Shown: in pieces, positions 1 through 10,527 of the stretch
How positions within the stretch are numbered: the first letter of the stretch is position 1
Layout: the number at the start of each line of letters is the position of its first letter
Source: an uncultured cyanobacterium
Lineage (GTDB): Bacteria; Cyanobacteriota; Cyanobacteriia; Cyanobacteriales; Cyanobacteriaceae
Reading direction: 5' to 3'
DNA length: 28,074 bases
Assembly: GCA_963749915.1 (NCBI GenBank)
Contig: CAVVOP010000003.1
Coordinates: forward strand, 1 to 28,074
Program-made: the position numbers and the translations under genes
The notes under the pieces: generated by a model
Told to the model about the DNA's origin: nothing
The model's input: the letters and a program-made list of their open reading frames with translations, nothing else
Databases searched by the model: none

Positions 1-414
1 CTAAATATAGTAATGGTGAAGGGACAACAAATCAGTATCTTAATTATCAAGAAAATATCGATCGACTTGATTTTGATTTACTTAAAGCGAATAATGATTA
101 CAAGCAAAATATATCTAAATTGATGTTGTTGGTTGAGTAGCGATCGTAATCAATGCCATCACCAAAACGTGAGATTACTTTTCTATTATGCATTTTCTGA
201 AGTAATTTTCTTACAATCTCAGATGTTTTAACGAAAATCATAGTTTTTTATCTATGGTAATATTTTTTATAATTCTATGGTAAATAGAAAGGCTTGTATT
301 CCAGGGCAAACGCATCTAAATTTTATTTATTTTGGGAAGAAAAGAAATGGTAAGCTGAAAAAGTTGGCTTAAGAGTATAAAAGACTGAGTTTGAGTAGCT
401 TTAGATAAATTAGA

Positions 415-1040
415 ATGAAATTAAGACCGAAAATCACTCTGATTGACCACTTTACCAATCTAACTGACCCAAGAATAGATCGCACCAAGGAACATAAACT
501 TATAGATATTGTAACCATTGCCATCTGTGCTGTGATCTGTGGAGCCGATACTTGGGTGGGAATGGAAGCTTATGGAAAAGCTAAATATAAATGGTTAAAG
601 CAGTTTTTGGAGTTACCCAATGGGATTCCTTCTCACGATACCTTTTCAAGAGTTTTTGCGAGGCTTAACCCAGAAGAATTTCAAAATTGTTTTCTCAATT
701 GGGTGAAATCCATCAACCAGTTAATATCAGGAGAAGTGATCAGCATTGATGGGAAGACTCTCAGACATTCCTATGATCTAGAAAATAAGAAAAAAGCAAT
801 TCATCTAGTTAGTGCTTGGGCAAGTTCTCAAAAATTAGTGCTTGGACAAAGAAAGGTAGATGAAAAGTCCAATGAAATTACTGCCATTCCTCAATTAATC
901 AAAGTCTTGGAATTATCAGGATGTTTGGTAACCATTGATGGGATGGGGACTCAAAAAAAGATTGCTGAACAGATTATTTCTAAGGGAGCTGACTATTGTC
1001 TGGCCCTGAAGGGCAATCAGGGGAACATTCATGAAACTGT
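415..1040 (+). pseudogene. ISAs1-family transposase, N-terminal part (interrupted)
   Basis: Motifs DPR..R..H.L.DI, GIPSHDTF, IDGKTLR, KSNEITAIP and LALKGNQ. The reading frame ends where IS1634 sequence begins. Confidence 0.93.
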
Positions 1041-3116
1041 ATAAATTCAGATTACGAGGTTAGAGGTTGAACAGTGATTGACTACGACAAGAAATACTCA
1101 GTGATTAGTTCTCTAGCTTATCAAGAGAACTCAGATAAATTAGTAGAAAAATGAGCAACGTTTAAGGGATAATTAAATTCAGTTTTTAATTTAATTTTGG
1201 AAATGATGTTTTCAGAAGATATACAAGTTCAAACCATTAATCATTTAGGATTAATTGCTGGAGTTATAGATGAAATTGGCATTGAAGAAATTATTAATGA
1301 TGCCCTCGGTATTGACGAGAGGGAAATCGTGACAGCAGGTCAAATAGTCAAAGCAATTATTCTGAACGGATTAGGATTTATTTCTCGACCTCTTTATCTA
1401 TTTCCACAGTTTTTTAAAGACAAAGCCACAGAACATTTAATCGGAAAAGGAATACTACCTGAGCATTTGAACGATGATAGAATTGGAAGAATAATGGATA
1501 AACTTTATGAAAAAGGATTATCTTCATTATTTTTAATTATTGCTTTAGCCATAGTAAAAAAATATAATATCAATATAGATTTTTCCCATTTAGATTCAAC
1601 TTCTTTTGCAGTAGAGGGGAAATATAATCAAGAAAAAATCACCAAAAACTTGGTGAAAGAAAATGCAGAATTAGAGTTAATTAATCAAATTCCAATTAAG
1701 ATAATTAAAGGTTATTCCCGTGACCATAGACCAGATTTAAAACAATTTATTTTGGATTTAATTGTGAGTGGTGATGGTGATATTCCCCTATTTTTAAGAG
1801 TAGCAGATGGTAATGAAAATGATAGAGCCGTTTTCGGCAAAATAGCGAAAGAATACAAATCAATGATAGATTTTGAGACGATGATAGTGGGTGATAGTGC
1901 CTTATATACAGAAAATAACCTGAAATTAATGAGTGGAATAGAATGGTTATCGAGAGTGCCACTATCAATAAAAGAGGCAAAAAATTTAGTTTCAGAACTA
2001 TCAGAATCTGATTTGACTCCAAGTAGTTTAGAAGGATATTCATGGTGTGAAGTAAGGAATAATTATGCAGAAATTGAGCAAAGATGGTTAATAGTAGAAA
2101 GTGAAAAAAGAAAAGTATCAGAGCTAGAAAAACTAAGGGAAAAAATAGAGAAAGAAAAAGAAAAAACCGAAGAAATATTAAAGAAATTGATGAAAGAAGA
2201 ATTTAGCTCATCAGAGGGAGCTTATGAAACAGTTGTGAGACTAAATAAGACTTTAAAATATCATCACATAACCGAGCTAAAAATGACAGAAAGTGAGTTA
2301 AATAATCACAAGAAAAAATCGAAAAAGAAAGAAGAAAAATCGGGAAAAACTTATCAAGTTACGGCTATTTTGAAATCAGATTTAACGAAAATAAACGAAT
2401 CAAAAAAAAGAGCAGGAAGATTTGTGTTAGCTACAAATAGATTGGATAAAAGTAAATTTAATTCTGATGAAATTTTAATTAAGTATAAAGAGCAACAAGC
2501 CGCAGAAAGAGGTTTTAGTTTTCTGAAAGATCCATTATTTTTTGCAGATAGTGTGTTTTTAAAAACCCCAAAAAGAATCGAAACAATGGCAATGTGTTTT
2601 TGGGGTTATGTCTGTTAGTCTATTCTTTGGGGCAAAGAGAAGTGCGTCGCTTATTAGAGGAGAGAAAAACGGGGATAAAAAATCAGCTAGGAAAACTAAC
2701 GGAACGTCCAACGTTAAGATGGATATTTCAATGTTTTCAGGGGATTCATTTAGTAATAAATCAAGGAATAAAACAGATAGTAAATCTAACAAATGAACGA
2801 AAACTAATTTTAAGTTTTTTCCCGATTTCTTGTCATAATTATTATATTTTATCTGGATAACTTATGGGATTTAAGAGTCTAAACATTCTCAATTATAATA
2901 CCATAAATAAAGAAGAGAAAACTGATAGATTTGCTCTGTTTATTTATTCTCATTAAAGGTGAAGTTATTGACAATGAGATTTTAATTTGAGCAAAGTTCG
3001 CAAGTACAAAACGCGAATAAAGAAGATATTGAGTATTATTACTTATATTTTGTCCAAAATAAGTTGCTTGGTTTTAATACTTTTATCATCTTACAAAGTG
3101 ACGTGCGGAATGTGGG
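1034..3116 (+). mobile_element. IS1634-family element type A, copy 1 (left inverted repeat deleted)
   Basis: Near-identical to the reverse complement of 15486-17583 but missing its first 17 bp. Right inverted repeat TGACGTGCGGAATGTGGG ends at 3116. Confidence 0.92.
1197..2860 (+). pseudogene. IS1634-family transposase, frameshifted
   Basis: Motifs HLGLIAG, HLDSTSF, GYSRDHRPDLKQ and ERGFSFLKDP. A 2-nt excess near 2595-2601 relative to the intact copy splits it into 1197..2618 and 2594..2860. Confidence 0.92.
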
Positions 3117-3137
3117 ATCTATGTGATCACCCCCTCG

Positions 3138-3174
3138 TGTTTAAGTTCTCTACCAAACAAAGAGAACTTAAACA
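3138..3174 (-). terminator. Stem-loop just downstream of the IS66 transposase stop
   Basis: Perfect 14-bp stem TGTTTAAGTTCTCT (3138-3151) / AGAGAACTTAAACA (3161-3174) with a 9-nt loop. Confidence 0.5.
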
Positions 3175-3180
3175 GATTGG

Positions 3181-4586
3181 TTAACCAGTGGGAATTGGAG
3201 GAGGAGAAAGACCTTTTCTTGCCCTCGCAATAACTTCACAAATATATGTCCAAGGATTAATACTTCTCAAACGGCAAGTTTCAATCACACTCAACAAGGG
3301 ACTGTAAGCCAAGCTACCTTCATTGGTTCTTGTCCCATAACTAATTCTTCGTCCAATCACTGCATGACGCAATGCTCTTTCCGCTTCATTGTTAGTAGGC
3401 GGTAAATCTGGATTATTAACAAATGCAATCACCGCGTCCCAATCGTTGATAATTTCTTTGGCCAAGGCTTTGAGCTTGTCATCAGATTTTTGAGAACCTA
3501 AAAAACAACTTGCTTCTAGCACCATCAAATTATTTAAAATCGTTTTTGATGATTTATCTTCCCCTTTTGCAATGGCAGCAATTAGTTCCCTTAAACTATC
3601 TAAGATCCATTTTCCTATTTGTGCCGCTTTTCGATTAACTGCTCCTGTTAAGGCAATGGCTTTTCTAATTAAATGAGCAAGGCATCTCTGCCTTTTTGGG
3701 TATGAACGATAACTTAAATAACCATCTGTGACTAACCACCCCACAAAGGCTTCTGTTACCAAATATAATAATTCTTCTTTCCTGGGAGAACCAATGTGAT
3801 ACACCGCAGTTTGACCCGAAATAGCTACCCATAACCATTGAAGATCTCCTTGAACTTCCCAATGAGTCTCATCTAGATGTAAAACTTCTACATTTTGTAT
3901 CTCTTCAATTAATTTTTCCACCACTGGACTACAGGCTATTCCTGCTTCCCGAATACATCTGTCGATGGTTCCCACACTCAATTCTGTTTCCGCCCAATCC
4001 CACAAAAATTCTTTGATTTTGACTCTACTCATTCGGTAACGCACACTTAGACTAGCAATCAAAGTTGCTAACAATGGTGTAGCTGACAAACTATTTTAAA
4101 TCCCGATTTTAGAGGTTTTAATTCGAGAACATGATACCCCATATACGGTTTCTCATTTTTAGTTATTAACTTCTGATTACAACTAACACAATAGTCGGGA
4201 TAATGAGGGATAATTTCTTCTGTAACCAGTGGTTTTGTTCGCCAAAATCCTTGTGCTCCAGGTTGTTTTCCAGGTCTTCTTTTTTTCGGAGGATCTGCTG
4301 AAGTCTGATTTTCTAGTGGTGGTACTTTTTCTTTAACGGAATCTTCTGGTTGATTATTTAATTCTGAGAGCACATCCACATCTTCTTTCTTCTTGTTTTT
4401 CGTCTGATAGGGATTATCCGTTGAAGGTGGACGGGAACTATTACTTGAGGAAAGTTCTAGTCTTTCACATTGTTCTACGGCTAATTGATGCAAATTGGTA
4501 GCAACTTCTACTAACCTCTGTTTTTCCAGAGATTCAAAGTAGCTTTTACTCATTTGTCCCAAATCATCTTTGTTTAGTTTAGCCAT
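3181..4586 (-). pseudogene. IS66-family transposase, split by an internal deletion/frameshift near 4075
   Basis: N-terminal part has SSNSSRPPSTD and RRPGKQPG. C-terminal part has HLDETHW, LVTDGY, QRCLAHLIR and PPTNNEAERALR. Confidence 0.9.
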
Positions 4587-4753
4587 AAAATAAAGTTTAA
4601 ACTATTTTGTCGGGCATCACTTCCTTTTTTCAATCAAATAACGGCCTATCTCTAATAAGTTATCCTATGATAACCGCTAACATTTCCAGCTTTCTCTAAT
4701 TTGGGCTTGCCGATTTCAGGACTAATTCAGAATGGGGGGGAGTGAACGGTTAC

Positions 4754-5028
4754 ATTTGAACAGTTTTCCCAGTAATGCCGAAGTCTTTGACCAAGCGGTT
4801 CGTAGTCATTGGGGAATAGAAAATTCTCTTCATTGGGTTTTAGATGTTAGCTTTCGTGAAGATGAGTGTCGAATTCGCCGAGATAACTCTCCTGAGAATT
4901 TTGCTTTACTTCGTCATATTGCTCTCAATCTTCTTTCTCAAGAAAAAACTGCGATGATGGGTATTCAAAATAAACGTCTTCAAGCTGCTTGGGATGACCA
5001 ATATCTTGCACAAGTGTTAAGAATTTAA
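4754..5028 (+). pseudogene. ISAs1-family transposase, C-terminal part
   Basis: Motifs VRSHWGIENSLHWVLDVSFRED and LRHIALNLL. The ORF-track start at 4732 lies inside the IS66 end. Confidence 0.92.
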
Positions 5029-5146
5029 ACAGACAAACTGACTGAAAAGCCTATTTTTCCGTTGAACAATCTTCCTTGTCTACCAATCTTCCCCCTCAAA
5101 AGATGTCTTACCCTCACCAGAATGTAAAAAAACTAACCTTGTCAGC

Positions 5147-5189
5147 TCGCCTTTTGAAGTAGCGATCGCCTTTTGAAGCAGCGATCGCC
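5147..5189. repeat. 19-bp tandem repeat with HIP1 octamers at the unit junctions
   Basis: TCGCCTTTTGAAG(T/C)AGCGA twice plus TCGCC. GCGATCGC at 5162 and 5181. Confidence 0.8.
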
Positions 5190-5514
5190 CTAATGCCAGA
5201 TTATCTATACACTCTCATTGATTGGAAATATGCTAAGGGCTTGGAGTTAACCAAAATTTACGGAAACCCTCTGAGCTTATCATTTTCCCTTCTTCAAAAT
5301 TTAGATGCGTTTGCCCTGGCTTGTATTCCTAAAAAGTTGCAAAATTTATGGAAAAGTACCTTAATGTTGGCAATGTATTAACTTCGTCTACTGTTGCTGG
5401 CTCAATCGTGAGAATGAAAATATCTTACAGTTTGAAACTTTAGTGTCAGCTTAATTTTAGTTGCACATAGCGTTAATATTGATTAGAATGGGAAAAATTC
5501 GCACTCGCAATATT

Positions 5515-6795
5515 ATGACTACTGCTCCACCAGCTATAGCATTATCTCCCTCACAGCAAGGTAAACAGTGGATTGAGCAACCATTACAATTGTTAGACTA
5601 TTGTTCTGAGCAATATGGTGATGTCTTTACTCTCGAACTGGGGGCCTTAGGGAAAACGGTTTTTTTCAGTCATCCGAAAAGCGTTGAAACAATTTTTAAA
5701 TTTCAGTCTCATCTATTTGAATGTCATCAATTTAACGTAAGCTATCGTGATTTGATGGGGAACAATGCTCTCTTTTTACAAGATGGAGAAGCTCATAAAC
5801 GCTTACGTCGTATTATGATGCCTCCTTTTCATGGAGAAAGAGTACAAAATTATGCTGTTGACATCATTAAAATAGGACAAAACCAGAGCAAAAATTGGAC
5901 AAGGGGAAAAGTTATCAAAATCCGTCCTCTGATGCACCAGATTGCCCTGCAAGCATTTCTCGAAATTACATTTGGTAGTTCTGAAGCTCCTATTAATCAA
6001 GTAAAAGATTGGTTTAACACAGAAGTTTTTAAAGAATCAAAAGGCTGGAAGCCCTGGTTTAATTATCACCACTTACACTCTAAAATCCGGCAACTCATTG
6101 CTGACGAAATTAACCTAAGAAAAGACAGGAATTCCGACACACCTGATTTATTAAATTGGTTACAATTAGCTCAAGATGAAACAGGTCAGCCTCTCACGGA
6201 AGAAGAAATTCAAGATCAAATTCTTACCCTATTAATTACCGCAGTTGATCCCCTCGCTATGGCACTCACTTGGGCGTTGTACTGGATTCATAAATTACCT
6301 GATGTCCAAGCAACCTTAAGACAAGAGCTAGAGACATTAGCTGGAAATTGCGATCCCCTCAATATTAGTCAACTTCCCTATCTCACCGCCATTTGTCAAG
6401 AAACCTTACGCATACATCCCATCCTACCAACAGTCTCAGGACGGCGACTCACTGAACGGATGGAGATTATGGGATATGATCTTGACCCTGGTGTTACCGT
6501 TGCTGCCTGTGCCTATTTAGTGCATCGACGGCCAGAAATTTATCCTGACCCCCATCTCTTTAAACCCGAAAGATTTTTAAACCAGCAATTTAGTCCCTAT
6601 GAATATTTTCCCTTTGGGGGAGGCAACCGATTATGTCTAGGTTCCGCTTTAGCTCCCCTAGAAATGAAATTAGTTATTGCCACGCTTTTATCATCCCATC
6701 ATTTATCCCTAATCAGTAAAGAACCGTTAGAAATGGTACGTTATGGGACCTTAGTTGCCCCTTCTGATCAGTTACAAATGGTTGTACTTAAGTAG
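5515..6795 (+). CDS. Cytochrome P450 (CYP110-like fold) with atypical I-helix
   Basis: Heme motif FGGGNRLCLG, ExxR (ETLR) and FKPERF. ATG 5515 preferred as start; alternatives are 5488 and 5461. Confidence 0.95.
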   Translation: MTTAPPAIALSPSQQGKQWIEQPLQLLDYCSEQYGDVFTLELGALGKTVFFSHPKSVETIFKFQSHLFECHQFNVSYRDLMGNNALFLQDGEAHKRLRRIMMPPFHGERVQNYAVDIIKIGQNQSKNWTRGKVIKIRPLMHQIALQAFLEITFGSSEAPINQVKDWFNTEVFKESKGWKPWFNYHHLHSKIRQLIADEINLRKDRNSDTPDLLNWLQLAQDETGQPLTEEEIQDQILTLLITAVDPLAMALTWALYWIHKLPDVQATLRQELETLAGNCDPLNISQLPYLTAICQETLRIHPILPTVSGRRLTERMEIMGYDLDPGVTVAACAYLVHRRPEIYPDPHLFKPERFLNQQFSPYEYFPFGGGNRLCLGSALAPLEMKLVIATLLSSHHLSLISKEPLEMVRYGTLVAPSDQLQMVVLK

Positions 6796-6827
6796 TTATC
6801 GATACCGAATAAAGAGATCTTAATCCT

Positions 6828-9800
6828 ATGGAACCCATCAACTTCAAACATTATACTTTCGTTGAACTGTTACGCTGGCGAGCCATCCATCAACCGGATA
6901 AACACGCCTACACTTTTTTAGTCGATGGCATGAAAGAAAGTGAAAGCCTGACCTACAGCGAATTAGATAGACAAGCACGGGCGATTGCTGCCCAGCTACA
7001 GATCTGGGCAGCCAAAGGAGAAAGAGCCTTGCTTCTGTATCCAGCGGGTTTGGACATTGTGAAAGCCTTTTTTGGCTGTCTTTATGCAGGGGTCATTGCA
7101 ATTCCCGCACCTTTTCCAGAAGCCAGTAGACTAAAGCGCACCATGCCCCGACTTCAGTCCATAGTTCAAGATGCCCAAGCCACTTTAGTGTTAGCCTCGG
7201 CTCAGATTTTAGAGCAATTAGAAGAATATCGTAAAATCGTTACGGAACTTCAAGCACTCAAAAGTCTTGACATTGACAAGATTGAGTCTAAACTTGCTGA
7301 TCTATGGCAAGACCCGCAAATAACCCCCCAGACCTTAGCTTATCTTCAATACACATCCGGTTCCACCTCAACCCCCAAAGGAGTCATGTTGACTCATGGC
7401 AATGTCGTGTTTCATTGTGATTGTATTCAACAAGTCTGTGAATATACAGAAGAGAGTGTTAGTGTGACTTGGTTGCCTTATTTTCATGATTACGGCTTAG
7501 TCGAAGGAATTCTTGCACCTTTGTATAACGGGACTCCCTGTTATATCATGTCTCCCTTTGCCTTTATGAAAAGGCCCCTAAATTGGCTCAAAGCTATTTC
7601 CCACTATCAAGCAACTCACACTCAAGCGCCTAATTTTGCCTACTATCAATGTATTAAAAGGATCAAGCCTGAAGAAGCGTTTTCCCTAGATCTGAAAAAT
7701 TGGCGTTCCGCTGGCAATGGAGCTGAACCCATCAATCCCAAAGTGTTACAGGATTTTTACGAAGCCTATGCCGTCACAGGCTTTCGTTGGAAGGCCTCAT
7801 GTCCTGCCTATGGACTCGCCGAAGCAACCCTGATGGTCTCTTGTTGTTCCCCTTCACGAGATCCCAAAATTAGCTATTTTGTAGCGGAAGCACTGATCAA
7901 TAATAAAGTGGTTGATGCATCACCGGGAGACACCCTAGTACGAGCAATGACCAGTTGCGGCCCCATTGTCCCTGAAACTAAAGTCGTCATCGTCAACCCA
8001 GATACCTTAAAACAATGTGCTCCTGACGAAGTTGGAGAAATCTGGGTTTCTTCTGAGAGTGTTGCCCAAGGATATTGGCAACGGGAAACTGCCACCCAAG
8101 AGACTTTTCAGGCTTATGTCGCTGATACGGGAGAAGGTCCTTTTCTGAGAACAGGGGATTTAGGTTTTATTAAAGAAGGAGAACTCTATATCAGTAGTCG
8201 CCTCAAAGATTTAATTATTATCGGTGGCACGAATCACTATCCTCAAGATCTTGAATGGACTGTCGAACAAAGTCATCCGGCCCTACGACCGAATAGTAGT
8301 GCGGCTTTTTCTATTCAAGTGGACGGGGAAGAAAAATTAGTCATTGCCCAAGAACTAGAAAGAAGGTCTATCCAAAAATCAGAAGACATCGAAGAAATCT
8401 TTAATGCCATTCGCAAGATCATCACCAAAGAACATGAACTGGCTGTTTATGCTGTGTTGCTCCTGCCAAGAGGCAGTTTACCGAAAACAGCTAGCGGTAA
8501 AATTCAGCGGAGCATTTGCTGGAAACAATTTCAACAAGGAATCTTAGAGGTAATCGCCAGTTGGATTGCAGATACCCCTTCAGCCCCATCAACCCCCGCC
8601 ACAACGATTTCTGCCATCAACCCCCCTTGTTCCCTGGTGACAGCACCGCCAGAGATCAGTAAACAACGGGCCGATCATTTGATTCAATGGTTACGTCAAT
8701 ACTCAGAAGAACGCATTGACTCTCGTTTAATTGATGAACGTCGTTGTCTTCCCCCTTATATCATCTTAGATTTTGGCAACCAGGGGATGATGGGACTACA
8801 AGTTCCTGAAAAATACGGCGGTTTGTCCCTAAAAAATCGGGATCTGCTGCGAGTCTTTGAACAACTAGCAGCCATTGATTTGAGTATTGCCTCACTGTTG
8901 TTTATTCATAACGCCAATGGTGTTCGTCCTCTGGTGGGTTATGGAACCCCCGCAGTCCAAGAAGAACTTCTCCCGTTGTTAGCGAAAGGACGAGAACTAG
9001 CCGCTTTTGCCCTCACAGAACCAACAGCAGGCTCTAATCTACCTAATCTGGGAACCATCGCCATCCCTGATGGCCAAGGGAACTGGCATTTACGAGGGGC
9101 TAAACGTTGGAATGGCTCTGGATGGGCCGGCATTGTCAATGTTTTTGCCAGAACCGTAGATGAACAAGGCAGACCAGGTCATCCCACGGCTTTTGTTGTG
9201 CGTCAAGGAATGGCTGGGTTGCGGGTGGGTCCAGAATCCTTAACCATGGGAATGCACGGCATTATGCAAAATATCATCTATTTTGATGATGTGTTGGTCA
9301 GTCCTAGCCATTTACTCGGTGAAGCCAATAAAGGCATGGATGTGGCAGAAGAAGCCATGCTGATTGCTCATTCGTGTATGGGTGCTTTGAGTGTTGGAGG
9401 GATGAAACGCTGTGCTCAACTGATGTTACGCTATGCCAGCCGTCGTCAAGTTTCTACTGGTCGTCTCCTGGATAGCCCCACTACAGCAGCTGTGTTGAGT
9501 GAACTAACGATCAAGATTACCTTGATAGAAACCTTGTTAGATCAATTAGTTAGCATCCTGGATGAAGGAGGTTATCCGCCAAAAGAAGTGGGCATGATCA
9601 CGAAAATCATCGCCACTGATTATCTTTGGCAAGCTGCTGACGACCTGGTTCAAACCTTGGGCGGAAGAGGGTATATGGAAAATAATATTGCTCCCCAAAT
9701 TTTACGCGATGCTCGAATGCTTCGCATTGGAGAAGGGGCTAATGAAATTATGACCATCACCGTCGGTAGACGGGTGTTTCACTCAGAGGCATTACACAGT

Positions 9801-10457
9801 TTTTTAAGCGATCGCCTGGGAGAGTCAGCCCTATCCCAACGACTTAAAGCGGCGGCTCAAGAAATTCAAGCTCGCTGCTTGTCTCTGGATGGACTGTTTA
9901 GTGATCGTTCTACTGCCTTATCTTGGGCCTATAATCTGATCGGTCAAGTGGGTATTTTGGGGGTTGTCTTAGCTGTGGCTCAAAGCCAAGCCCGACGTTG
10001 TTTTCCATCAGAATCCTTAAATTTGGCAGTGGCCTGGGTCGCCTGCCAATTTGAGACCACGTTAAATCAAGCTCTCAAGGGATTTCCAGCGGAATCCTTT
10101 ATTTTGAAGGCTCAACCAATCCATGATGTGATTACTCACTATGTCCAAGCGATCGGCGATCTTGAACAAAGACCGCCTGGGGTTGAAGATACCCTCGATC
10201 CGCTCCTGCGACGAGACATATCTAAGGAGGGATTTCCCGATTTTTCCCATTTGCCAGGCAATATCAATCTCGAAAATTTTGCCTCTGATACAGAAATTGC
10301 GCCCCAAGTAGCCAATTTATCTTTGGAAGAAAAGCGAGCATTAACCAAAAAGTTGCTGCTGCAAAAAGGCGCGGCTGCTAAATTAGCCACCATGTCGTCA
10401 GAACAAAAACGGATTTTGTTAGAAAAGTTACAACAAAAAAAAAGCGAATCTCACTAA
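6828..10457 (+). CDS. Fatty acyl-AMP ligase (FAAL) fused to an acyl-CoA/ACP dehydrogenase, with C-terminal docking-like helices
   Basis: YLQYTSGSTSTPKG, YGLAEATL followed by the FAAL insertion, LRTGDLG, NHYPQDLE and PKTASGKIQR. A Pro/Thr linker follows, then ACAD motifs AFALTEPTAGS, GGRGY and RIGEGANE. Confidence 0.93.
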   Translation: MEPINFKHYTFVELLRWRAIHQPDKHAYTFLVDGMKESESLTYSELDRQARAIAAQLQIWAAKGERALLLYPAGLDIVKAFFGCLYAGVIAIPAPFPEASRLKRTMPRLQSIVQDAQATLVLASAQILEQLEEYRKIVTELQALKSLDIDKIESKLADLWQDPQITPQTLAYLQYTSGSTSTPKGVMLTHGNVVFHCDCIQQVCEYTEESVSVTWLPYFHDYGLVEGILAPLYNGTPCYIMSPFAFMKRPLNWLKAISHYQATHTQAPNFAYYQCIKRIKPEEAFSLDLKNWRSAGNGAEPINPKVLQDFYEAYAVTGFRWKASCPAYGLAEATLMVSCCSPSRDPKISYFVAEALINNKVVDASPGDTLVRAMTSCGPIVPETKVVIVNPDTLKQCAPDEVGEIWVSSESVAQGYWQRETATQETFQAYVADTGEGPFLRTGDLGFIKEGELYISSRLKDLIIIGGTNHYPQDLEWTVEQSHPALRPNSSAAFSIQVDGEEKLVIAQELERRSIQKSEDIEEIFNAIRKIITKEHELAVYAVLLLPRGSLPKTASGKIQRSICWKQFQQGILEVIASWIADTPSAPSTPATTISAINPPCSLVTAPPEISKQRADHLIQWLRQYSEERIDSRLIDERRCLPPYIILDFGNQGMMGLQVPEKYGGLSLKNRDLLRVFEQLAAIDLSIASLLFIHNANGVRPLVGYGTPAVQEELLPLLAKGRELAAFALTEPTAGSNLPNLGTIAIPDGQGNWHLRGAKRWNGSGWAGIVNVFARTVDEQGRPGHPTAFVVRQGMAGLRVGPESLTMGMHGIMQNIIYFDDVLVSPSHLLGEANKGMDVAEEAMLIAHSCMGALSVGGMKRCAQLMLRYASRRQVSTGRLLDSPTTAAVLSELTIKITLIETLLDQLVSILDEGGYPPKEVGMITKIIATDYLWQAADDLVQTLGGRGYMENNIAPQILRDARMLRIGEGANEIMTITVGRRVFHSEALHSFLSDRLGESALSQRLKAAAQEIQARCLSLDGLFSDRSTALSWAYNLIGQVGILGVVLAVAQSQARRCFPSESLNLAVAWVACQFETTLNQALKGFPAESFILKAQPIHDVITHYVQAIGDLEQRPPGVEDTLDPLLRRDISKEGFPDFSHLPGNINLENFASDTEIAPQVANLSLEEKRALTKKLLLQKGAAAKLATMSSEQKRILLEKLQQKKSESH

Positions 10458-10527
10458 CATAATCCAGACAATATAGATAATATCGAGTATAATTTTAACA
10501 ATTTTATTTATCAATAGGAGATGATTC

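Larger units (their letters stand above)
3119..4753 (-). mobile_element. IS66-family (single-ORF type) element
   Basis: End GTAACCGTTCACTCCCCC on the minus strand at 4753, with an imperfect partner CTATGTGATCACCCCCTC starting at 3119. Encloses an IS66 transposase. No target duplication is retained. Confidence 0.8.
302..5318 (+). mobile_element. ISAs1-family IS carrying nested IS1634 and IS66 elements
   Basis: Perfect 23-bp terminal inverted repeats CAGGGCAAACGCATCTAAATTTT (302-324 and 5296-5318). 10-bp target duplication GCTTGTATTC at 292-301 and 5319-5328. ISAs1 transposase halves lie at both ends. Confidence 0.95.

Noticed and set aside
5193..5381. 62-aa ORF as a possible precursor peptide for the P450
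   Set aside because: It spans the ISAs1 inverted repeat and target duplication, so it is a junction artefact.
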